Below are positions 1-11,174 of a DNA stretch of 64,000 nt, in pieces. Below the pieces are notes generated by a model. That model did not search any database. It worked only from the letters and a program-made list of their open reading frames with translations, and was not told the origin of the DNA. Every line of letters starts with the position of its first letter. Position 1 is the first letter of the stretch. Position numbers and translations under genes: made by a program. Source of the DNA: Parasitella parasitica NRRL 2501 (lineage: Eukaryota > Fungi > Mucoromycota); contig MU619254.1 in assembly GCA_025201805.1 (NCBI GenBank), positions 181,935 to 245,934 on the forward strand, in the 5' to 3' direction.

Positions 1-2745
1 TGTCTGATGCTACAGTTCCAGGTGAAGGTGAACACAAGGTCATGGAGTTCATTCGTGTCGAACGCTCTCGTCCTGAACATAACCCCAACACCAAGCATGT
101 CATGTACGGTTTGGACGCAGATTTGATCATGTTGGCTTTGGGAACACATGAGCCACATTTCAAAGTATTGCGTGAAGATGTTTTCGAAGACAAGAAGACC
201 AAGGGCGCTTGTTTCAAGTGCAAGCAACAAGGCCATTCAGCTCACCAGTGTCCTGTCAGCCCTGAAGCACTCGAAGAAATCAAGAGGGAGGAAGCTAAAA
301 ACGCACCACCAAAACCATATGTGCTGTTACACGTCAATATTTTGAGAGAATATCTGGAGCATGCGTTGAAGTTCAATATCCCAGGCATTACTTGGGATTT
401 GGAAAGAGCAATTGACGACTGGGTATTCATGTGTTTCTTTGTCGGTAATGACTTTTTGCCACATTTGCCGTCTTTGGAGATCAGAGAGGGTGCTATCAGT
501 ACACTCAGTCTACTATGGAAGAGTACAATGCCTATGATGGGTGGTTTTATGACGCATAACGGTGATGTAGATTTGAAACGAGTCCAAGTACTAGTAGCAG
601 AATTGGGCAAAATGGAAGATACCATTTTCACTGAAAGAAAAGAAACCGAAGAAAGAAGAGCTCGCGGAGCCAAGAGAAGAAGACTGGAAAATGATAGACG
701 TGCCCGTGAAACCAAGATGTTCGACCCCAATGGTCCCAATTTTGGTGATATGACAGCTGCTCCTGTATACAATCCTAATGCCGGTATGTCAAATGCCGAA
801 ATTATCGCGAATCGTGCTGAAATTCGCATTGCCAATATCAATGCTGCTGCAGCACTGAAAGCAGAATTGTCTGGTAACCCTCTTCCTGAACCAGCTTCAG
901 AAGAGATGAACGAAAGGGGCACAAAGAGAAAGTTAGAAGAGGACGATAAAGAAGAAGAAGAAGAGGACGACGAAGAGGTCGACGACGAAAACGAAGAAAA
1001 CGAGGCCGAAACTGATCAATCAATGGAAGCAGACACTCCCCTCTCTGAAGCAGATGCCATTGAAAAGGGCAAAGCTATTCTAAAACGAGTGCAAGATGAA
1101 AAGAAAGAAAAGGAAGAAGTAGCCCGTCAACGTGAGCCTGAGGATGAAGTTCGGTAAGCATTTGCACGAAATATAGATGTAGTCCTGCTCTAATATTTTC
1201 TATTATACAAGTCTCTGGGAAGCTGGCTGGAAAGAAAGATACTACAAAGCTAAATTCAATCTTACCTTGGTAGATAGAGATGAAATCAGAAAGTAAGTCC
1301 TTTTTTTTTTTTTTTTTTTTNNNNNNNNNNTGGATAGTTTGTGAAATCATATATTCATTTCTTGCGCAATGTAGCATTGTGAAATCTTATTGTGAAGGTC
1401 TTATTTGGGTGTTTAAATACTATTATGTCGGCTGCGTATCTTGGTCATGGTATTACCCTTATCATTATGCTCCTATGGCTTCTGATTTTACTAATATCGA
1501 TGAATTTGATATTCAGTTTGAAAAGAGTGCACCTTTAAGACCATTCGAACAACTTATGGGCGTATTACCAGCCGCAAGGTAAGATGCGATATTACCGCTT
1601 TGTGTCAAATTTCTCACGACTTTTACAGTAAGGCGCACATCCCTAAACCTTTCCATAATTTGATGACGGAAGGCGATTCTCCTATTATCGATTTCTACCC
1701 GACACAATTCGAAGTAGACATGGATGGCAAAAAATGGGAATGGCAAGGCGTTGTCAAATTGCCGTTTATCGACACCAGTCGACTTTTGGAAGCCATGGAA
1801 ACCGTTTACGATCAGCTAGATGAAGAAGAGGAAATACGTAACTCTGAAGGACCTAGCATTTTGTATGTTAGCGAAAACCATAAAGCCTATAATTTTATCA
1901 GCACCGTTTACACCAAAAGATCAACAAACGAAAAAATGGTTCTGGATGCTCGATTGACTGACGGGCTAACTGGTGAAATTGACAAAGACAGCGAATGCAT
2001 TCCTCGCAGCACATTACGCACGCCTCTGCCAGATTTTGATCTACCCGACATTGCCAACGATAAATCTATCAGTGTTACATATTCACTACCTCGGTTTCCT
2101 GATGGCTTTGCCTTTTCGCCGCAGCTGCTCAAAGGTTTAAAATTAGAGAATAGCTTGGGCTATGAAGATTTACAGCTGGCAACATTTGAGAAGATTGACA
2201 CTCGTCAAAGGTATCAAAGCAACCGTGGTTGGACAGCTCAAATAAACCATATGGAAGATTACCGTGAATAGTAAGTTGACTAAACTCTGCATGAGAATTT
2301 TTTTTTAAAATCCAATTTCCTTAGTAATAACCAACGTAGCAGCAGAAACAGAGGTGGTGGGCGTGGTGGCTACCAACAACAAGGCTATGGCGGAGGCTAT
2401 AATCATGGCTACGATGACGGATCGAGATTCCCTGGTACACAATCGTATGGTGGTAGCTATCAGTACAATCAACGAGGTTATAATTCCTATCAAAATCAGC
2501 ACTCACAGCAAAGCTATGGCAACAATACTAGTTATTATGGCAATCAACAATACCACCAGAACAATAATCCAGGCGGCGGATACGGCCACCAACAACAGCA
2601 AGGCTATGGTGGTTATCAGCGCGGCAACAGCAATCAATATGGCGGAAGCAGAGGGCGTGGCGGCTACCAACAGCAAGGCTATGGTGGGAATCGTGGTGGT
2701 GGATACGGAAACAATAGAGGCCGTGGAAGCGGCGGATATTATTAG
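1..2745 (+). CDS. XRN2: 5'-3' exoribonuclease 2 (XRN2/Rat1/Dhp1), 5' end outside window, multi-exon
   Basis: Motifs [90 protein letters not shown]; CCHC knuckle [14 protein letters not shown]; GT-AG introns; last exon 2325-2745 ends TAG. Confidence 0.95.
1321..1330. other. assembly gap (N run) inside an XRN2 intron
   Basis: 10 N following a poly-T tract. Confidence 0.99.
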
Positions 2746-2975
2746 TTGGGCATTATTTACTTTTCCAAATAAAATTGGCTCATCAAAGATTACATGGCAT
2801 GTTTGTTACATGTATGAACATAAAACTCTTTTTATTTCTAAAAGTTCAAATATAAGGCCTCCTGCTCATCTGTGTAGATCAAATGAAAACAGAGGCGTCG
2901 CTTATGTATCTCAGACAGGTGGATATATAATGTATTGTTTTGTTTATTATCAAAATTTTGAATTAATATACAGTT

Positions 2976-5755
2976 TTATATATAAATTCTTTCTCCATAC
3001 ATTGATATATGAGGGGCGTGTTGCAATGATCCAGATTGCTGTTGACCGCCTGCTGCTGATGGAGGATGAGGATGAGGATGAGGGGGGAATCTTCGGTTTC
3101 TAAATGATGGTTGATCTGTTTGTTGTTCGCAAAGTAAATTAGCACCGTTTTCCGAACTACCAGGCGGAGGCGGAGGTGGCATGCCATACGTACCTTGAGG
3201 AGGACCCCACTGATAACCACTGTACGGCTGCTGTTGCTGCTGCGTTTGTTGGTTTTGCTCATCAGCTGCAAGTGCGGCCATCATACGCGGGGATATTCTT
3301 TGAGAAGGAGGCATGTACGAAAAATACTCATTGCTTGGCGGCGGAGGCATGTTGTTATAACCATAAGATGGAGGAGGTGGTGGAGGCCTCATTTTCATGC
3401 GCTCTCTATCCATAGGATGAGGCAACGGAGGAGGAAGACCGTTTGGATATCCAAACATAGTTGGCGGCATATTGCCCATGCTTCCTACATGAGGAGGATG
3501 GCCACGGCGAATTCTGCCACTACCACTACCTCCGCGATGCCTTGCTGTGTCTTCTAAGCCCATCTCCTGCAGTCTTGCAGTCTTCTTCTCCATCGTGCCG
3601 CTCTCTCCTTCCTTTTTTGAAGCGGAAGGTTGATCAAAGCTTTCGTATAATTCGTTTCTTGGATCCCTGTTATAGTTGTCAGAATCAGAAGATGAGCTCT
3701 TAGCACTATGCAGAGACGATTTTCTAGACCTTGTCCGAGGTATAGGATAGTGACCACCTTTGTCCTGATACATGTCTGGGTATGGTATATACGGATTTTC
3801 TTGTTCCTGCCACTGCGATTCCATGGATTTGGATCGAGGACGACGCTGTGATGAAGGCTTTTGACGAAATTTCGGTGAATCTATTATAAAAGAATCTACA
3901 AACTGATTCTGATTGCCATTCATTATTCTCACCATATCAAATTCAGGGTTATAATCTTGCGGGTAGCCAAAGTGAGGAGGATAGTTACTAAATTCACTCA
4001 TGTCTGGAAAGTATTCATTTTGAGCAGATAAGTTTTGATTAGCAGAAGGAACAGGCCGTCTACTTCTCTGCTTGTTGGCAGCTGGTTGCTGCTGTTGATT
4101 TGGGAGCGAATGATACGCGCTACTAGCATTTCCCGAGGCACCTCCTGCTGCAGAAACGTTTGATTTGATCTTTCTACTTCTTGTTGTGTTTGTTGAATTG
4201 GATGCTCTCATAATAGGCTCTCGTTTATCTGAAAGTTGCTTTTGCAGCCCATGATCCCCGCCTTTTTCTGTATGATTAGTAAACATGTTTTCAGCAATAG
4301 CCATTTCAAGTCTTTGTTTAGTCAGTTTGATTTGCTCTAAAATCTCCTTTTCGCGCTGCTTTTGTTCAGCTACTCTTGTCAAATGGTCCTCAAGGTCTGA
4401 AACACGCTGTTGTTGCATTCGATCTACAGTGCGTTTTAAGTCCAGCAGGTCTTCGTTCAAAGCCATCTTTTTCATTTCGCTTTGCAGCATCTCTGTAAGA
4501 GAGTCCATCATAATCGTGTTGTTGCTTTGGATAAAAGCGGAAGGCTCGGAAGAAATGGATTGTAACAAAGCGCCAGGTGGTTTGTTGCTGTTGTTATTTG
4601 CAAATCTGCTTTGGGAATGTGTAACATCGTGTCCAACAGTGGCTGACGATCCTGACGAAGAGGTTGGAGGACGACTGCCTCTCCTGGTTGTTGGGATAGC
4701 AACAGGAGTAGTGCTATTATTGCTTTCATACTTATCAATAGGTGACAGGTTTGGGTGGTCGTCTCTTACAGTATTCGGATTCGACGATGGCAATGGAAAC
4801 GCTTGAAGACCAGCGCTATTAGAAGTTGAGGACGGTTTAGGAGTATTTTGTTTGTCGTGCGCCTCTGTCATATCAACAGTGGCGGTAACAATGGTGGAAG
4901 ACAAAGGCGGGGGAGCAGAGGAAGAGGTAGCTCGTTTGGGTTCATTATTACCAATATGATTCATGTCATTACCTGCGTATTTTACAGGAGAAGAAGCAGA
5001 AGAAAAAGAAGGAGATAATGCAGTATCAAGATTTGCTTGATTCATACTTGAAACAATCGAGGAAACTGTTAGAAAAGGGGATTCTGAAGCAGAGACATAC
5101 TGCTTGATCGAATCATCGCTGGTTCTTGTGAAAAATGTAGACGATTGGTAGCTCTTATTATCTTCATCTATCATTGTTTATCATCAGTTGATGCAATGTG
5201 TAGTTAGACAAAGTAGAACCTTATTAAGTTACCTGCTTTCACTGGTCTCAATGGTAGTGGTGATGACATAACTGGCTCATTCTCATCTTCATCTTCATCT
5301 TTATCCTCGTCCTCGTCCTCGTCCTCGTCCTCATCTTCCTCTCCACTACTGCTAACACTAATGCTAATGCTACTTGAACTTTCGACAAGAGTCTTTTCAT
5401 ATTCATAATTGCCAAGTAAATATCTGGTAGGCGGAACACCATGCACTGGTTTCGGCATTACCAATATAGGTGGCGAGCTAATTGATCTGCTCAAGATGAC
5501 AGGTTGATGCTGTATAGGATTACTTGATGGTGCTTTTACAGTTTGTGTCGTATTGTTTGTTCGCTGGCTTGATAAAGAAGAGGCCGATTTCTTCTTAGGG
5601 TAATTTTTATTTGCACCACCAATAAGTGTCGATATTTGAGATTCTGTTAAATTAGCATATTCCACTCCATTGATCATAGGAATGGGTATTTTCAAGCTTC
5701 TTGTTTTCAAATTACTTGATTTTTTCTTCTTATTAGCTCCGAAAAATTTGCGCAT
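2976..5755 (-). CDS. uncharacterised low-complexity protein (Ser/Pro/Gln-rich, central coiled-coil segment)
   Basis: 732-aa ORF 2976-5174 plus upstream exon starting MRKFFGANKKKK at 5755; coiled-coil-like LKRTVDRMQQQRVSDLEDHL...; no recognisable family. Confidence 0.7.
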
Positions 5756-5758
5756 GAT

Positions 5759-5761
<3 letters not shown>

Positions 5762-5826
<65 letters not shown>
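5762..5826. repeat. long poly(dA:dT) tract (~65 nt) directly upstream of the minus-strand ATG
   Basis: uninterrupted A run on + strand. Confidence 0.95.
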
Positions 5827-5831
<5 letters not shown>

Positions 5832-6199
5832 AAAAAGGGGAGTGTTACAAAATTTAATGTGTTCGAGTTGCACATTGGATGACCTTTTCCCAAATAAAAG
5901 CCACTGCAGCTAATAATTTTCTGTTGTACAACAATGCATGGCTCTTAAATTTGTAACAGGAATCTTGAACAATTATAGATGATTAAGTTGCCATAAGTCA
6001 TAAAAAGGCTTACGAAACATTCTAATAAAATGATCACATATAGACTCATTTTTATTCAAGCATTATTTAATAAATGCCCCACCTCTTCTCTTTGATTTGC
6101 TTGATCTCGGCTGCCATAATTTTTGCTACCTTTACTACATTGAAACCAAATCATATTTCAGGCACTTCAGTGATCATTATGTGTGAATAAGATCATGCT

Positions 6200-7333
6200 T
6201 TGTTATGACTAATAAACAGTTTGTCACAAAATTTTATTGAAGATCATCATCCATTCCAATTATACCTCAAATGCTCGAAAATAGCTCTAAACACCTGCAT
6301 GCGTTTGTATTTTGAGATGGATTCTGTACCCGCAGAATACTTTGATCACCACTATTGCTACTCAGTTGTCATAGCAACCGTTCCTGGTCAAATGTTGTAT
6401 AGGGAACCATCTATTTGGGCTCTGCTTACTCTAAAATCGCGATGCCAAACTGATTGATGAATGGCTTACATTCATAATATTAGCCTGTAATAAATAAGTT
6501 TTGCCATGTCTAAACCGTATTATCATATTGTTTGTTGACAATGCAATGTCAAACATGATCTAGTTATATTGCAAATTAATAGTCTGTATTACTTTCTCGT
6601 TTCTGTTGACAACTTTATCAATATCGATATTTTCATGGATAGAAATGCTTTTATTTCATAGCGCTCCTGAATTGTCGCTATGTTTTTCAGGTTCGATTGC
6701 GGCTCTACTCAGTTTCTTTAGCAGAAATTCTGAGCAGCTGTTTGAAATCATGAAAATCAGACTTGTTTCATTGTACATGACTGATATGAAATAGCACCTT
6801 TTTTTGTGATATCATTCTATCCGTGCAGAATATATTCTATGATCTGGTGTTTTCACTTCTCATATGAGTTTTTGCATTTATCTGGTATCTGGTTTCAGGA
6901 TAGATGATTATCAAAAACGACAATTCACATCATTTATACTGTAACAGCTTCTTCAACTAACGACGCAGAACTAACTCATGTGATTTCTTACTTGGACAAA
7001 ACTGCGTTTGCAGATAACTTTTGATAGAGACTTCGCCCAGCGCGGAAAGCAAGTTATGCTCAAATAGCGAATATCATACCTGATTTGATGGCGTATAAGA
7101 CAGGCTTTGTTTTGCTATTTATCAAAGCTTGGAATATGGGTCTTTAGCAGGGAACCAAGTATTCTCTCCTCCAATTAAAGAGCTAAGCATTAACTCAGTC
7201 GTAATAGTCTGGATATGTCTTTTTGCATAAATCAGTAGCTGACGTCTTGCAGATAGAGGATAACCTCATCAAAAGCCCTATGCGTGTAGTTTTATTATTG
7301 CTTAAAATAAGCAATACACAATCTATAAACCAT
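6200..7333 (-). pseudogene. possible decayed multi-exon gene
   Basis: several gtaag/gtatg...ag intron-like segments on the minus strand separating protein-like frames with in-frame stops (AFDEVILYLQDVSY*FMQKDISRLLRLS*). Confidence 0.3.
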
Positions 7334-7555
7334 GATTTTTTTTTCCCCTGCTTAAAGGCATGATTTGCAGTCCTTAATATCTATGCAAATTACGAAACGA
7401 TGGAGGCACAACCTTCAGTCAAACCTTCTTGTTTTGAGAGCCCTTTTTACAACATGTTCAGGCCTCTACCATCTCCAACCATTATGTCTTTAAAACTTGT
7501 GGGCTATGAGCTTCCTACTCCACCACCACCACCACCACCACCCCAAACATACCAT
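7331..7555 (+). repeat. dispersed repeat, homologous to 43690-43880
   Basis: ttttcccctgcttaaaggcatgatttgcag...gatggaggcacaaccttcagtc aligns by eye with tttttccccgcttaaaggcacaatctacaa...aatggagacacaatcttcagcc. Confidence 0.7.
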
Positions 7556-7744
7556 AGTGTATAAAACTACGTATCATCTTCATCAGACTTTAGTCTGATC
7601 ATTTAATGGTCGTGTAAATGCCCTTGTTAAGTATATTGATAACTCGGCAAAATTGTTAACACTATCATATTCACATATTGGTTATATGAGGAAGAGTTTC
7701 TATTTTTATTGAATCTATCTGTTGTTATATACAAGGTTAAGGGT

Positions 7745-9220
7745 CTAAAGTTCACTGCTCTGAGCTCTCCCATAACGCAAGACCTCCATAGTCAATTTTG
7801 TGGGTTGAATGCCGCTGTTTTTCATGTCGTCATATACGTCTTTCACCTTTTCCCAACGACCTACTTTAGCCCACGCTCTCATCATAATGGTATAAACAAC
7901 TGCATTCAGTTCCAAATTGTTATTTTTAAGCTCGGTCAGAATATGCTGGCATGATTCAGGGTCAGGAACATAGGCATGTGCGAGCATTAGTGTTGCATAG
8001 GTGACGAGTGAGGGTTGTATGTGCTTTGCGATCATATCAGCGTAAACTTGGCTGACCATGGGTAGATTATTACGGCGAAGAAAGGCGCGCATAAACGTGG
8101 TATAGGTATATACATTGGCTCCAATAAAAAGATCATTTCTTTTGCTTTTGTCCAAGATACTGGATTTATATAAGTTGTAGTAATTTGCAATCGTATCGTT
8201 GTCTGCGTGCCCAACGATTGCGTTTAGTAGAACATTGCGAGTATGATGCGAGGCTAGTAGTATACTGGACTTTGAACGGAAAAACTCGTTGAATAGCTGG
8301 ATAGTATTTTCATTGTCGTGTTGTTTTACGTGCATTCCCATCAGCGTAGTTGCTACAACTTCGTTTATCTTTACTTTCTCCTCCTGCATTGTCTTGAATA
8401 CACGCCATGCCTCGTCTATTCGTCCCTCCTCACCTAAACCATGTAATATGATTGCAAATGTGTACACGTCCGATTTCAGACCTGCTTCAAGCAAATTCCC
8501 CCAAAACTTTAGAGCCGATTCCATGTTCAGTTGTCGGGCTGAGTGGTGCATCAGAATGTTGTAAGTTACGATTGTAGGCTTGACGTTCTCTTCCATCATA
8601 TGGCGAAAGATTTCTTCAGCACGGTCTAAATCAGTTTGTCGCATGTAGCCGTCAATGAGAGTAGTGTAGATATGTGCATCTGGCATGATTTTGTTTTTCA
8701 TCATTCTTTTCAACCACTTGTTTGCCCGATTCATATCAGATCTTTTGCTGAATTCATTAATGATGCAAGTGTATGTTTTGATATTTGGTTGGAGGCACTT
8801 GTTTTCCATTTCGCGAAATAGGCTGATTGCTTTATTCAGTCGGTTTTCGAGAAGCACGTTGAATATCAAGCGATTGTAATCCTTGGCTGTCATATTGTTG
8901 TCTTTCTTGTTTTTCATGGTGAATCCTTTGACGTATGTGTTTGATCCGTTTGCATGTTTTGTCGCCAAGTAGTGGTATTTTTCTTTCTTTGTTGGCTTTT
9001 TATCTTCATTGCTGCTTGTGATTAAATTGATATTGGTCGTGTTGGCTAGAGCTGACGTCTGTGTTGAATAGAGTCTTGGAATGCCATGCTTTGTGTGTAA
9101 AGTGTGGTTTCTAAAGGCCAGCAGGGGCTTCTTGGTATGTGTAGACACTGGCCTCGAAACAATAGCACAAAGAACATCAAAAATAACCGACCTTGACAGA
9201 AGAGAATGTCTAGAAGACAT
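7745..9220 (-). CDS. pentatricopeptide-repeat (PPR) protein, probably mitochondrial
   Basis: tandem ~35-aa repeats (PNIKTYTCIINEF, PDAHIYTTLIDGY, PTIVTYNILMHH, SDVYTFAIILHG); basic, Ser/Arg-rich N-terminus. Confidence 0.92.
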   Translation of the reverse strand: MSSRHSLLSRSVIFDVLCAIVSRPVSTHTKKPLLAFRNHTLHTKHGIPRLYSTQTSALANTTNINLITSSNEDKKPTKKEKYHYLATKHANGSNTYVKGFTMKNKKDNNMTAKDYNRLIFNVLLENRLNKAISLFREMENKCLQPNIKTYTCIINEFSKRSDMNRANKWLKRMMKNKIMPDAHIYTTLIDGYMRQTDLDRAEEIFRHMMEENVKPTIVTYNILMHHSARQLNMESALKFWGNLLEAGLKSDVYTFAIILHGLGEEGRIDEAWRVFKTMQEEKVKINEVVATTLMGMHVKQHDNENTIQLFNEFFRSKSSILLASHHTRNVLLNAIVGHADNDTIANYYNLYKSSILDKSKRNDLFIGANVYTYTTFMRAFLRRNNLPMVSQVYADMIAKHIQPSLVTYATLMLAHAYVPDPESCQHILTELKNNNLELNAVVYTIMMRAWAKVGRWEKVKDVYDDMKNSGIQPTKLTMEVLRYGRAQSSEL

Positions 9221-9697
9221 GCTTGTGTTTTAATACGAGAAAGAAGGCCCTTTTGACAGAAAAGAAATAGGTATGCCGCTATTCGTTCCTTTCAATAGGT
9301 ACCCTGTAATGGAGAGGAGATAACGGCTCGTGGCACATGTCTGGGGGGGTTGAGCAAAAATAGTGACGAGAAATGGTCTCATGGAAACTCCGTAGATTCA
9401 AATCATGTAATTACCAAAGGCTTTGTGCCTGTTGAAGCAATCCGATAGTGATGTTCAAACAAACATTATATATATATATATGATTGTCCAATCGTTGCGT
9501 TCTTCTTTCATTGAAAACTATATGGCATAGAACTGTTGTGGATATATTCACTCATGACGGGCCCACGCCAAACGAAGGCATACTACCAAAGACCTTGTAG
9601 ACAGCATTGAGATGTTGGCCTTCCACTCTAATTGCATGCATACAACGAGAGATACCAACTTCCATACGCTTTAATTTACACTAGTGCTCATAAATTT

Positions 9698-10456
9698 TTA
9701 TTCATCCAAATCATCTTCCAAAGCACTTTCCCTTGGCTCCAACTCGTCATTTTGCTCTAGCACATATCTACTGCTAATGCGTGGCAAAATGATATCGCAT
9801 ACACGCTCTTTTTGAAAAAGACTATCTATAAAGCTGTCCATATTTGTTAAACTATATCCATCTCCAGCACGCACACGCAGTTTCCTATAGTCATTCAGCA
9901 ATGGCTCGAGATACTGATATATTTCTTTTGATTTTCCAGTCAATCGCATGTAAAAAGCACCTAATGCACGCAAATATCTAACAAAGCGCAAGTTAGCATC
10001 GGCTTGGGAGTGGGTTGTTGTTGTTGTTGTAGTTGCTGTTGTTAATAATACTCACTTATTGTCTTCCTGTTTAATCAACTCAATAATGATATCTTTTTCT
10101 GGCTCCAATGCCAAAAGCTTCAAGGTCAAGCATAGAAATTCTGTAGGCTGATGGTTGCCATACATGCCCCCGATGTATTCAAGTTCAAAGGCTCTGTCCA
10201 TAAGTGTCACAGCTGTTTGGAAGTTTTGATTAGGTATTACAATTTACAGATTTTGAGGTGTCTTCATTACCAGATAGACCATAGCATTTCTCTTTCCAAT
10301 AAAGAGAGCTTTGGATTCTTTCGCGGATGATTTTTTCAACTAAATGTAGCGGATGGCGACCATGGATCGATGACCCTTCATGAAAATTTGGATTTTCGGC
10401 TACGTTGATGAATGTTACCGAGTGAATGCACAAGAAAATTAGGCCAACTTACACAT
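9698..10456 (-). CDS. PRP38: pre-mRNA splicing factor PRP38, 4 exons
   Basis: IHGRHPLHLVEKIIRERIQSSLYWKEKCYGL; PTEFLCLTLKLLALEPEKDII; YLRALGAFYMRLTG; YLEPLLNDYRKLR; RVCDIILPR. Confidence 0.92.
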
Positions 10457-11174
10457 CTCGAGGTTTTTTTTATTTTGGTAGAAGGAGCGTATAGAAAAAA
10501 ATTGAAGTTTTGCTGAGCCATCACATCAATTTCTTTATCGGACAGCCAAATATTGAGGAGAAGATGGTGCTCGTAAGCTGGCTAGCATTAGGGTTCGTTT
10601 TACATGGTGACCCGCTATCACTGCTGCCCAAAAGAGGGTTTTTCTCTTTACAATAATCCTCGCTATAATTTGCTATGAACTGGCATATAAACGGGCCAAG
10701 CTTATCATATGCATGAAATCAGAAAATGCACAGCAATGTTGTCGGTGTAATGGGTTTGTATGGAGTCTCTAGCAATATCAGAAACATAGATTACCGGATC
10801 CAACACAACAGAAGGCGCAAAAAAAAAAAAAGATCAAGTAGAGACATTCAGCAGCTTTTTAACAAGCAAAGGTGGAAACAGAGAGAACTACGTTCCCACA
10901 AATCAGATTTGAAATATCCTTTAAACGAAACGCCACAGTGAATGTAAGAGATTGATCCAGAGAATCGACTAGCCATTAAAGAGAAACACCACAGATGCTG
11001 CAACGCTTGCTAGCTGTATCAAAGTCCTGTCATTAACTTCTTTGCATGATGTAATTAAAGCAGCGGCAGGAAAATCGTGAGTATATTTTACAATGGCTAT
11101 TTCCCCGAGTGATGTCTTTTTTTCATTTTCTTTTTCATTTTCTTTTCTTTCTACTTGTTATACAAAATAAATAA

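Noticed and set aside
2354-3103. 249-aa + strand ORF (MVGVVATNN...)
   Set aside because: Off-frame shadow of the G/Y/Q-rich last XRN2 exon running into the 3' region
5670-5893. polyK / polyF ORFs
   Set aside because: Translation of the poly(dA:dT) tract; the plausible start is the ATG at 5755
10490-10600. RRPE-like (GAAAAAATTGA) and telo-box-like (TTAGGGTT) motifs upstream of PRP38 and elsewhere
   Set aside because: Short AT-rich matches expected by chance; cannot be supported without enrichment statistics
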